From NCBI GenBank assembly GCA_046712485.1, contig JBKKCW010000053.1:1-44424 (forward strand): a DNA stretch of 44,424 bases, read 5' to 3'. The position numbers were made by a program, and so were the translations under genes. The stretch's first letter is position 1. The number at the start of each line of letters is the position of its first letter. Of the stretch, positions 1 to 8,144 are shown in pieces. The notes under the pieces were generated by a model. It did no database searches, was not told the origin of the DNA, and saw only the letters and a list, made by a program, of their open reading frames with translations. The stretch is from Candidatus Limnocylindrales bacterium. Its GTDB lineage: Bacteria > Chloroflexota > Limnocylindria > Limnocylindrales > CSP1-4.

Positions 1-303
1 TATTCATCGCGTGACTGGTCGACATGGGTGCCGATTCGCGTCGCTTCGCGTGTCCGGTCGGGGCGGCCGAGCCAGATCCAAGCTCGGCGTGACCTCCCGC
101 ACGCCACCTGGCCGCAGCACGGCTCGAGGGTCATGTCGGCGACTCACGGGGCGAATATCTGGACGGGCGCCCGGGAACGCGCCCGGCCCCGCGCGCCCGG
201 CCCCACCCGTCGCGGTGGGGCGCGGATTCAGCGGTTGCGATCACTGGGCGTGCGGTACCATCCGTCCGACCGTCCACCCTCCGTGCCCTGAGGAGACGCC
301 TGC

Positions 304-741
304 GTGACGAGCCAGCCGGCGGCCAAGTTCTTCGTGAACCAGGGCGTCGTGTCGAGCCGCGCGGACATGCTTCACCTCCTGCGGCCGCTGCTCAAGCAGA
401 CCGTCGGGTATCGCTACCTGCGGGGACGGGACGTCGTCGCGCATGGCACCGGCTGGGTGGAGCGGATCGTCGTCGACGCGGACGACATCTCGACCTACTT
501 CACCCCGCTGGCCATCACCCTCAACATCGATTCCTTCGAGCATCTCGAATTCGAGACACGCCCCGACCAGCTCCTTGTCTATACCCTCGTCCAGGGCGAC
601 GAACGAGTGGTCGTCGAGTTCGCGCCGATCGGTCCTACCGGCGAGGACAACTCGCCATTTGCGCCCCGCCAGCTCGAATTCGACACCGGTGACTACGTCC
701 AGATGGAGCTGCTCGGCCTCGAAGCCCACGAGGACGAGTAG
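304..741 (+). CDS. hypothetical protein (145 aa), family not recognised
   Basis: GTG 304 is preceded by GAGGAG at 291-296. Amino-acid composition is balanced and third positions are GC-rich, unlike the overlapping Arg/Pro-rich antisense ORF 241..906. Confidence 0.6.
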   Translation: MTSQPAAKFFVNQGVVSSRADMLHLLRPLLKQTVGYRYLRGRDVVAHGTGWVERIVVDADDISTYFTPLAITLNIDSFEHLEFETRPDQLLVYTLVQGDERVVVEFAPIGPTGEDNSPFAPRQLEFDTGDYVQMELLGLEAHEDE

Positions 742-881
742 CGGATCGGGAGGCCGGTCCACCGAGGGACCGGTCGGAGGGAGCGGCGAGCGTCGAGGGG
801 ACGATCGCCTTGGTTTCATGGCGCGGTCCGAGTCCGCCCAGGGACGCGGCGCGCGGTCGAGGGCAAGGAGGAACCGACCCG

Positions 882-2270
882 GTGACGTCGAGCGCAACGC
901 CAGCAACGCCTGCCTCCGGTGGGGGAGGCGCGATCGCTGATTACTTCAAGTTCGTCGAACGGGGCACAGACCTCGTCACGGAGGCCAAGGCCGGCCTCAC
1001 CACGTTCATGGTCATGGCCTATATCCTCTTCGTGAACCCGCTGATCCTGTCGAATGCGGGAATCTCCGTGCCGGCGGCAGCGGCCGCGACGGCCCTGGTC
1101 GCGGGCGTCATGACGATCGCGATGGGCGTGGCCGCAAACGTCCCAATCGCGCTGGCGGCCGGTCTCGGGATCAACGGCGCGGTCGCCTTTGGCCTGGTGC
1201 TGACGAACGGGCTGACCCCAGAGGGCGCAATGGGCGTCATCGTGCTCGAGGGCATCCTCGTCACGATCCTCGTGATCGTCGGTCTTCGCGAGGCCGTGAT
1301 GCGCGCCGTGCCGCTCTCGCTCAAGCGGGCGATCGGCGTGGGGATCGGTCTGTTCATCCTGTTCATCGGCTTCATCGACGCCGGGATCATCATCAAGACC
1401 CTTGGGACCTCGGCGGAGAACCCAGTGCCGGTGCAGTTCGTCTTCCCGACGACCACCGCACACTTTGTCTTCTGGTTCGGACTCGTTCTGACGATGTTGC
1501 TGTGGGCTCGTCGTGTTCCGGCGGCCCTCCTCATCAGCATCCTGGTGACCACCATCGTGGCACTCGTGACGGGTGTCCAGCCGATGCCAGCCAGCTTCAC
1601 GGCGACGCCAGACTTCAGCACGATCGGCGCGTTCGACCTGACCAACGTCTTCACAACGCTGGGCTTGCTGGCCGCGCTGCTGACGATCTTCAGCTTCATG
1701 CTGACGGACTTCTTCGACACCATGGGCACGGCTACGGCGATCAGCGAGCAGGCCGGCCTGGTAGACGAGGATGGTCAGCCCGAGAACACCGGTCGCATCC
1801 TGCTTGTCGACTCAGTAGCCGCCGCAGTCGGAGGCGCGGCGGGCATCAGCTCCAATACGAGCTACATCGAGAGCGCGGCGGGCGTCGCCGAGGGTGGCCG
1901 GACCGGGTTCACCTCGGTCGTCACGGGGCTGCTGTTCCTCGTGGCCATTCTCCTGACCCCGCTCGCCACGCTCGTCCCGTACGTGGCCACCGCTCCCGTG
2001 CTGATCTTCGTGGGCTTCCTCATGGTCAGCCTGGTCAAGGACATCGATTTCACCGACATCGAGGAGGGTCTGCCGGCGCTCCTCGGGCTGATCCTGATGC
2101 CGCTCACCTTCAGCATCACGGTCGGCATCGGCGCAGCGTTCATCACCCACGTGGTCATCAAGATCGTTCGCGGCAAGATCACTGAAATCCACCCGCTGCT
2201 GTGGGTTGTCGCGGTCGCCTTTGTCATCTATTTCGGTCAGAGCTGGATCAACGCCGTCCTGCCCAAGTAG
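882..2270 (+). CDS. NCS2/AzgA-family purine (adenine/guanine/hypoxanthine) permease
   Basis: N-terminal ADYFKFVERGTDLVTEAKAGLTTFMVMAYILFVNP block and a polytopic hydrophobic body typical of AzgA/PbuG/GhxP permeases. AAGGAGG at 865-871 lies 10 nt before GTG 882, so the track start at 810 looks like an upstream extension. Confidence 0.85.
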   Translation: MTSSATPATPASGGGGAIADYFKFVERGTDLVTEAKAGLTTFMVMAYILFVNPLILSNAGISVPAAAAATALVAGVMTIAMGVAANVPIALAAGLGINGAVAFGLVLTNGLTPEGAMGVIVLEGILVTILVIVGLREAVMRAVPLSLKRAIGVGIGLFILFIGFIDAGIIIKTLGTSAENPVPVQFVFPTTTAHFVFWFGLVLTMLLWARRVPAALLISILVTTIVALVTGVQPMPASFTATPDFSTIGAFDLTNVFTTLGLLAALLTIFSFMLTDFFDTMGTATAISEQAGLVDEDGQPENTGRILLVDSVAAAVGGAAGISSNTSYIESAAGVAEGGRTGFTSVVTGLLFLVAILLTPLATLVPYVATAPVLIFVGFLMVSLVKDIDFTDIEEGLPALLGLILMPLTFSITVGIGAAFITHVVIKIVRGKITEIHPLLWVVAVAFVIYFGQSWINAVLPK

Positions 2271-2354
2271 CACCTTCGCGGGCTCGGTCACCGGGCGCCC
2301 GAACCGACCACCGGCCGGGGGGGCGCCCGCACCGATTCCTGTACCATCGGCCGG

Positions 2355-3623
2355 ATGTTCGAACGGACCGTGCTGCCAGCCGGGCCCCGGGTGATCACCG
2401 CACGGCTCCCCGCGGCTCGCTCGGTCTCGGTCGCCGCGTACGTGCTGGCGGGCTCGCGGCTGGAAGTCGCCGGTCAGATCGGCGTCGCCCACTTCATGGA
2501 GCACCTGACCTTCAAGGGTACGTCGGCGTTCCCGAGCACGCGGGCGATCAGCGAGGCGATCGAGGGTGTGGGCGGCTCGTTCAACGCTGCCACCGATCGC
2601 GAATCCACCGTCTACTGGGTCCGCGTCCCGCTGCGCGAGGCTGCCCGGGCGATGGAGGTTGTCGGCGAGCTGATCGTCCGCCCGCGCCTGACCAATCGGG
2701 ACATCGAAAGCGAGCGAGCCGTCATCGTCGAGGAGATCCGTTCGTATCTTGACGATCCGTCCGAGTACTGCCAGATCCTCTTCCAGACCGCCCTCTTCGG
2801 CCATGGCCCGCTCGGTCGCGAGATCTGTGGCGAGGAGGACGATGTGCGCGGTCTTGCGGACAGGGCGATCCGCGAGTTCTGGGCGACCACCTATCGCCCG
2901 GCGAACACCGTCGTGGCCATCGTGGGCGATCTTGCCCATGCCGAGGCGACCGACCTGGCTGCGGATGCCTTCGGGACGGGCAACGGCCACATCCCGTCCT
3001 TTGCGCCGTCACCGACGCTGCCCGCCGGACCACGGGTGATGGCGGGCAAACGGTCCACCAGCCAGGCGCAGGTGTGCATCGGCGTTCCCGCCCTGCATCG
3101 CGACCATCCGGAAAGCTGGACCCTGGCGGTCCTCAACGCCGTGCTCGGTGACGGGATGAGCAGCCGGCTCTTCCTGTCCGTTCGCGAGGAGCTCGGCCTC
3201 GCCTACGACGTCTCGTCGGGCATCGTCGATTACGCGGATGCGGGAGCGCTGGAGGTGTCGGCTGGCGTGGACCCGGCGGGGATACCCGCCGCCATCGCCG
3301 CCATCATGACCGAGCTCGCACGGCTCCGCGACGAGCTCGTCCCCGCCGAGGAGCTGGTCAAGGCGAAGCGGTACCTCTCCGGCGGCCTCGAGCTGCGCAT
3401 GGACGACACCCGCCACGTCGCGTCGTGGATCGGCGGCCAGGAGGCACTCCACGATCGCGTGCTGACGCTCGACGAGGCACTGGCGGCAGTCGAACGGGTG
3501 GACTCTGCGGCAATCCAGCGCCTGGCCGCACAGCTGTTCCGCGACGATGCCCTGCGACTCGCGGCAGTCGCCCCCGGCCGATATCTCCGTGGTCTCGACG
3601 CCCGGCTGTGCCTGCCGGCATGA
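2355..3623 (+). CDS. M16 (pitrilysin/insulinase) family zinc peptidase
   Basis: Inverted zinc motif HFMEHLTFKGT (HxxEH) near the N-terminus, downstream ERxVIxEEI-type glutamates, and a ~420 aa two-lobe length. Confidence 0.85.
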   Translation: MFERTVLPAGPRVITARLPAARSVSVAAYVLAGSRLEVAGQIGVAHFMEHLTFKGTSAFPSTRAISEAIEGVGGSFNAATDRESTVYWVRVPLREAARAMEVVGELIVRPRLTNRDIESERAVIVEEIRSYLDDPSEYCQILFQTALFGHGPLGREICGEEDDVRGLADRAIREFWATTYRPANTVVAIVGDLAHAEATDLAADAFGTGNGHIPSFAPSPTLPAGPRVMAGKRSTSQAQVCIGVPALHRDHPESWTLAVLNAVLGDGMSSRLFLSVREELGLAYDVSSGIVDYADAGALEVSAGVDPAGIPAAIAAIMTELARLRDELVPAEELVKAKRYLSGGLELRMDDTRHVASWIGGQEALHDRVLTLDEALAAVERVDSAAIQRLAAQLFRDDALRLAAVAPGRYLRGLDARLCLPA

Positions 3624-4591
3624 CGACAAGGATTGAAACACCGGGTACGGAGCCCCAGGCAATGGCCCGGGAGCGTTCCATCGAGCTCGCGCTTGCCCGG
3701 GTGCATCTGCGGCTCGGCTCCTTCGCGCTCGCCCGCGCGGAGCTCGAGCTGCTGGCGCGGCGTCGTCAGCTCGATCGAGAGGGCTACGTGGACCTCGCCG
3801 AGGTTCGATGGCGGTGCGGCGATCTCACGGCCGCGGGCGCGGCGGCAACGGTTGCGCTCGACGACGGCGACGGCACGGCCGTGACGCTTGCAATCGCGGC
3901 CGAGGCCGCCGCGGCACTCGGTCGTCCGAACGAGGCGCGCCGTCTCGCCAACAAAGCCCTCGAACGGGTCGATGCCCCGATCGATGACCTGTTCGCCGGG
4001 ATGCCCCGCTCGGCGGTCTGGCCGGCGGACGCATCCGAGCCGGCGCCGACCGCGGGCACGCTGTTCCACCTCGAGCCGGCCGTGCCACCGAACCGGCGGG
4101 TGGGTGACGCCGATCCGAACGTCGTCGCGGCGCGTTCGGGTCCCTCGCCAGACGACGCGGATCCGGCAACCGGCTCAACCCTGACCCTCGGCTTCTGGGA
4201 GGCAGAACGCGGCGGCACCCCAGGCACCGCCGAGCTCCCGGATCCCGCGAGCGAGCTCGAGGCGGGTCGCGCTGCCCGCCGCAGCGGATCCGATGACGAG
4301 GCAACGTTGCGGTTTGCGCTGGCCCTGCGGCTGGCCCCGGCCCTCGCGCCTGCGATCCTGGAGGCAACCGAGGGTATGGCCGGCCCCGCGATCCACGTGG
4401 TCCGGGGCGATGCCTACCGGCTGGTTGGTCTCGAAACCGACGCAACTCGGGCATACGCGGCGGCGGCCTGGTCAGGTACGCGCGACCGCCGCAACCGTAC
4501 GGATGGAACCGCACGGAAGCCGCGCGCCGCGTCGCGGCGGGGATCCGATGCGCCCGCGACCGATGGAGGGTCCGAGCCGCCCGAGCGCTGA
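3620..4591 (+). CDS. hypothetical Ala/Arg/Leu-rich helical-repeat (TPR-like) protein with low-complexity C-terminus
   Basis: ATG 3620 overlaps the M16 stop (ATGA at 3620-3623). Repeated amphipathic A/L/R helices (ELALARVHLRLGSFALARAELELLARR..., GRPNEARRLANKALE). The track start at 3425 lies inside the M16 gene and is rejected. Confidence 0.5.
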   Translation: MTTRIETPGTEPQAMARERSIELALARVHLRLGSFALARAELELLARRRQLDREGYVDLAEVRWRCGDLTAAGAAATVALDDGDGTAVTLAIAAEAAAALGRPNEARRLANKALERVDAPIDDLFAGMPRSAVWPADASEPAPTAGTLFHLEPAVPPNRRVGDADPNVVAARSGPSPDDADPATGSTLTLGFWEAERGGTPGTAELPDPASELEAGRAARRSGSDDEATLRFALALRLAPALAPAILEATEGMAGPAIHVVRGDAYRLVGLETDATRAYAAAAWSGTRDRRNRTDGTARKPRAASRRGSDAPATDGGSEPPER

Positions 4592-4626
4592 GCAGCCCGA
4601 GCGCTGAACCGCCCGAGCGCTGAGCC
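4579..4626. repeat. three tandem 16-bp repeats GCCCGAGCGCTGA(G/A)C(A/C), each carrying a TGA
   Basis: Copies read directly at 4579-4594, 4595-4610 and 4611-4626. Because the period is 16 (1 mod 3), the TGAs at 4589, 4605 and 4621 fall in all three plus-strand frames. Confidence 0.9.
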
Positions 4627-4684
4627 GTCGCCTCGATCCGATACAATCCCGCGACCGTCCACAACCTCCGTACCCAAGGTCGAC

Positions 4685-5152
4685 ATGGCAGGAACCGAAC
4701 GGACCCTCGTCCTCATCAAGCCCGACGGCGTGCAGCGTCAGCTCATTGGCCGGATCCTCGCGCGCTACGAGGAACGCGGGCTCAAGGTCGTGGGACTCAA
4801 GCTCGTGCGGGTCGATCGCGGGCTGGCTGAGCGCCATTACGACGCCCACCGCGCCAAGCGGTTCTTCGCCGGCCTCGTCGACTTCATCACGTCGGCGCCG
4901 CTGGTGGCCCTGGCCCTCGATGGGCCAAACGCGATCGCGGTCGTCCGTGCGATCAACGGGGCGACGCGTCCGCACGAGGCCGCGCCCGGGACGGTCCGCG
5001 GCGACTTCGCCCTCGAAACGGCGCAGAACATCGTGCATGCATCCGACGGTCCCGAGGCCGCGTCCACGGAGCTTGCCCTGTGGTTCAGCCCGGAGGAGCT
5101 GCTCGACTACGAACGCGAGGTCGACCGCTGGGTGCTCGCCCCGGACGAGTAG
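4685..5152 (+). CDS. ndk: nucleoside-diphosphate kinase
   Basis: ERTLVLIKPDGVQRQLIGRILARYEERGLKVVGLK and the active-site NIVHASDGPE motif; ~155 aa. Confidence 0.95.
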   Translation: MAGTERTLVLIKPDGVQRQLIGRILARYEERGLKVVGLKLVRVDRGLAERHYDAHRAKRFFAGLVDFITSAPLVALALDGPNAIAVVRAINGATRPHEAAPGTVRGDFALETAQNIVHASDGPEAASTELALWFSPEELLDYEREVDRWVLAPDE

Positions 5153-5179
5153 CTCGGCGGCCGTTCGAACCGGCGGTCG

Positions 5180-6655
5180 TCAGTCGGTTGGGACCGGCCG
5201 GAACGACGGCTCCGCGGAAGTCACGGGGACGGAGCCGCCCAGCGTCGGCTCCGCTGCGGCCGCCACGCCCCCAAACGCTCCGCTCGCGGTGGCCACGGCG
5301 AGCGCGGCCAGGAGCACCGCCACGAGTGCCGCGCTGAACGCGCGGTTCGTCTCCCAGGTCGACTGCCACCAGGCGCCCGCGGCGGTCAGGTCCACGGGCT
5401 GGACGCGCGGTCGCCAGGCACCCGGCCTGGGTGCGCCGTCGGGTCGGGCAAGCCCGATCGACACGAGCCGCCCGTAGTAGGTGAGGGGCAACAGGACGCC
5501 CAACAGCACGATCATGGTCAAGGGGCCATCCAGCGCGCCGGCGACGAGCGTGCTTCGCGCCTCGAACGCGGCGAGTCCCGGAAAGCCGATGCTCGCGATC
5601 ACGATCAGCCCAAAGGCAAGGGCAAGCATGGGAGAGCTCGTCAACCAGCCGCGGAGCTCATTGATCCGGCCCGTCCCAGCGCCCAAGCGGAGCGCCGCCG
5701 CCCACGCCGCGAACGCGCTGCGGGTGACGACCAACGCCAGGATCCACAGGCGCGCCGCGCCCGACGCCACCGGATCGAGCGCGACGATGGCCAGGAGCGC
5801 GACCCCGGCGTCGCCAACGATCGAATAGCCGACGACGTGTTCGAGGTCGTCCTGGATGAGGGCGGCGATGGACGCCAGGACGATCGACCCGACCGCGATG
5901 GCGAGGACGACCCCGCGCTCCGCTCCGAGATCCACGAGGAGCGGGGCGATCGACATGTCCGTCCAGCCGAGCCCGACAATTGCAAGCGGCGCTGCGGCGA
6001 GGACCGTCACGACGGGCAGCCCGCTCTCGGACACGGCGTCCGCGAGCCGCGCCACCCACAAGTGGAACGGGATGGCGCCAAACCGGATCGCCACCGCCAG
6101 CGCGACCGCGAGGTAGGCCAGTCCGAAGACCACCGGCGGTGCATCGAGTTGTCCGAGGTCGCGTCCCAGCCACGCCGTCGCCACAAGCGCCATGGTCCCC
6201 GCGATGACCACGGCCCGGACGTCGCGAACGCCGATGCTCGCGCCGGAACGATCGCCACCGGGTGCAATCGTGAGCAGGGCCCCGAACAGCCCACCGGCCG
6301 TGCCCGCGACGACAGCCGCCCGCGAATCCGTCAAGGCGAGGGTGGTGGCCGCGATCCCGAGCGTGACCAAGGTCACCGTCGGCAGGTCAGGGCGGGCCCG
6401 TGACGCGACGCCGCTGATCGCCAACCCGAGCCCGACGAGCGATCCCATCGCGAGGAAGAGCCGGACGTACGAGGTGGTTGCCAACCCACCGCCGCCGATC
6501 TCGATCATTTCCTCAGGCCGGACCGCGATGGCGGCGAGCGTCGCCGCGAGGAGCCCGGCGATCCCGATGATCGGCCCAAGGCGTGCGCGGTCGCGGGCAA
6601 GCCACGCGGCGGCCGCGAACCCGAACGTGATGACGAGATACGTGATCAGGCTCAT
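5180..6655 (-). CDS. divergent Proton_antipo_M-like polytopic membrane protein (NuoN/NuoM/MnhD-related)
   Basis: GAIPFHLW and LIQDDLEHVVGYSIVGDAG blocks resemble the PFHxW and QxxxKRLLAYSSIxHxG blocks of complex I antiporter-like subunits; many TM helices. ATG 6655 overlaps the upstream stop (ATGA). The track extension to 7105 is Arg/Pro-rich and rejected. Confidence 0.6.
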   Translation of the reverse strand: MSLITYLVITFGFAAAAWLARDRARLGPIIGIAGLLAATLAAIAVRPEEMIEIGGGGLATTSYVRLFLAMGSLVGLGLAISGVASRARPDLPTVTLVTLGIAATTLALTDSRAAVVAGTAGGLFGALLTIAPGGDRSGASIGVRDVRAVVIAGTMALVATAWLGRDLGQLDAPPVVFGLAYLAVALAVAIRFGAIPFHLWVARLADAVSESGLPVVTVLAAAPLAIVGLGWTDMSIAPLLVDLGAERGVVLAIAVGSIVLASIAALIQDDLEHVVGYSIVGDAGVALLAIVALDPVASGAARLWILALVVTRSAFAAWAAALRLGAGTGRINELRGWLTSSPMLALAFGLIVIASIGFPGLAAFEARSTLVAGALDGPLTMIVLLGVLLPLTYYGRLVSIGLARPDGAPRPGAWRPRVQPVDLTAAGAWWQSTWETNRAFSAALVAVLLAALAVATASGAFGGVAAAAEPTLGGSVPVTSAEPSFRPVPTD

Positions 6656-7302
6656 CGCGGTTCGATCGGATGGGCATCCGGTTGTCGGCGGACCCGGTCG
6701 CCCGGACCAGGCGCGACGTCGAAGCCGGCGAACCCATCCGTCCGGGCAGCCACGGCCATGGCCGCCACGACGCCGCCGACGACGGCGAGGAGACCTGCCG
6801 CGGTCAGCTGTTCGAGGTTGCCGGGCGTGCCGCCCAGGCTGGTCCGGACGAGGATCCCGCCGGTGATCAACATGATCGCGCCCAGGCCCATGCGAAGGAC
6901 GTCCCGTCCGTTGACCATGGGGGCCACCGCAAGAGCCGCAAGGGCAAAGCCCGCGGCCTGGGCGAGGGGTGGACCATCGGCGGGGGATCCCAGGCCGTGG
7001 CTTCCGTAGCCAACGACCGAGGCGGCCGCGGCGACGAGGAGCTCGGCCGGCCATCCGAGCCTGGATCCACCGGTCCGTGCGTCCGGGTCGCGACCGGCGA
7101 TCCACAGCAGGTAGCCGGCGAGGATGGTGCCCACCAGCCGCGCCGTCAGGCCGAGCGTATCGGGGAGTGGCTCGGCCAGGAACGATGCGCCGACCATGGC
7201 CAGGATCACGCCGAGGACGGCGGCACGGGCGGTGCGTGCGGACACGGCGACGACGGCTCCGAGCAGAACCGCGAGCGCGACCCCCGCGAGGGCCGGGTTC
7301 AC
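6652..7302 (-). CDS. small polytopic membrane protein, family not recognised
   Basis: 216 aa with hydrophobic A/L/V/G-rich segments. GTG 7302 lies 10 nt after the lepB stop, and its own stop overlaps the downstream start. Confidence 0.55.
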   Translation of the reverse strand: MNPALAGVALAVLLGAVVAVSARTARAAVLGVILAMVGASFLAEPLPDTLGLTARLVGTILAGYLLWIAGRDPDARTGGSRLGWPAELLVAAAASVVGYGSHGLGSPADGPPLAQAAGFALAALAVAPMVNGRDVLRMGLGAIMLITGGILVRTSLGGTPGNLEQLTAAGLLAVVGGVVAAMAVAARTDGFAGFDVAPGPGDRVRRQPDAHPIEPR

Positions 7303-7312
7303 GGTCTGGTGT

Positions 7313-7891
7313 TCATGGACTGGCCGATTCCAGCTCCGGGTGGGTGGGCGTCGGCAGGATCCCGAAGACGTTCACCGGCCAGTACCGCAACCACGCCCGG
7401 CCGATGACGTTGGCAAGCGGCACCGGACCAAACGAGCGCGAATCCGCGGAGTTGGCACGATGATCGCCCATCAGAAACAGCTCGCCAGGGGGCACGGCCC
7501 AGTGGTCCTGCGCGGCGGTCGTCGGCTGGGGCGGGTCGCCTGGCTGGTCGGCATAGATGTAGGGCTCGTCGAGCAGCCTGTCGTTGACGTAGACGAGCCC
7601 GTCGCGGATCTCGATGTCGTCGCCACCGACGCCGATGACCCGTTTGATGAACGGCGTCTCGTCGGCCGTCGCCCAGTCGTCGGGCGGTGTGAACACGACG
7701 ATGTCGCCACGCTTGTAGACGTCGAGTCGGGGCGTCAGCTTGGCGACCAGGACGTACTGATCAGCCTCCAGCGTGCGCTCCATCGACTGCTGCTGGACCT
7801 TGTACGGCTGGGCCACGAAGTTCTGGATGACGAGGAAGATGATCAGCGTGAGGACGAGCGTCTCGACGATCTCGAAGAGACACCCGAGCAT
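7313..7891 (-). CDS. lepB: signal peptidase I
   Basis: N-terminal TM helix, then QQQSMERTL (Ser nucleophile box), KRVIGVGGD (Lys box) and GDHRANSADSR. Start is ATG 7891 (or GTG 7906); the track start at 8212 is an upstream extension. Confidence 0.85.
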   Translation of the reverse strand: MLGCLFEIVETLVLTLIIFLVIQNFVAQPYKVQQQSMERTLEADQYVLVAKLTPRLDVYKRGDIVVFTPPDDWATADETPFIKRVIGVGGDDIEIRDGLVYVNDRLLDEPYIYADQPGDPPQPTTAAQDHWAVPPGELFLMGDHRANSADSRSFGPVPLANVIGRAWLRYWPVNVFGILPTPTHPELESASP

Positions 7892-7986
7892 GGGTCGTCG
7901 GGTCACAAGACTGCGCAGTATAGGGGCTGGGCCGGTCCGGCCGCCTACGCTCGAATCCCGGTTCCAACTGTCGGCCGATGGTGAGT

Positions 7987-8016
7987 TTGACCCGGCTTCT
8001 GCTGCCTTGCTACACT
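7987..8016 (+). promoter_or_regulatory. candidate sigma-70-type promoter for hppA
   Basis: TTGACC (7987-7992), 18-nt spacer, TACACT (8011-8016); would give a leader of about 130 nt. Confidence 0.3.
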
Positions 8017-8144
8017 CGCCGACGGCCTGCAAGGTCCCATCGCAACGTGCACGCCCAGGGACCAGGAGCCACATCTCCCCGGAGACCAGACGCTGAGCGG
8101 CGCGCCGCCCGCGCCCGGGCCGAATCGCGGCCGTCAACCCTGTC

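Noticed and set aside
1-134. Possible 5' part of a minus-strand gene (ATG at 134 reading off the left edge)
   Set aside because: Only about 44 codons are visible. There is no recognisable motif or RBS, and the composition is ambiguous, so it cannot be supported.
178-204. GC-rich direct repeat CGCGCCCGGCCCC x2 and nearby GGGCGC/GCGCCC hairpin
   Set aside because: Short and of low information in GC-rich DNA. There is no U-tract and no clear association with a gene end.
742-881. Possible purine riboswitch upstream of the purine permease
   Set aside because: The conserved purine-riboswitch core (three-way junction with the characteristic loop-loop motifs) could not be found by eye. Only a generic GC hairpin (about 753-780) is present.
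241-906. 221-aa minus-strand ORF overlapping the 304..741 gene
   Set aside because: Arg/Pro/Asp-rich composition typical of an antisense frame in high-GC DNA. The plus-strand ORF has an RBS and a protein-like composition.
5153-5179. Bidirectional terminator between convergent ndk and the NuoN-like gene
   Set aside because: Only a 4-bp stem around the TTCGAA centre can be drawn, which is too weak to call.
5180-7105. N-terminal extensions in the ORF track (for example 5180..7105, 810, 3425, 7313..8212, 11108, 12334, 13722, 30525, 36842, 37582, 39623..40489, 41714..43120)
   Set aside because: The extended parts overlap the preceding gene or a regulatory leader, are Arg/Pro-rich, and conserved protein N-termini begin at internal ATG/GTG codons that form ATGA/GTGA overlaps or have an RBS.
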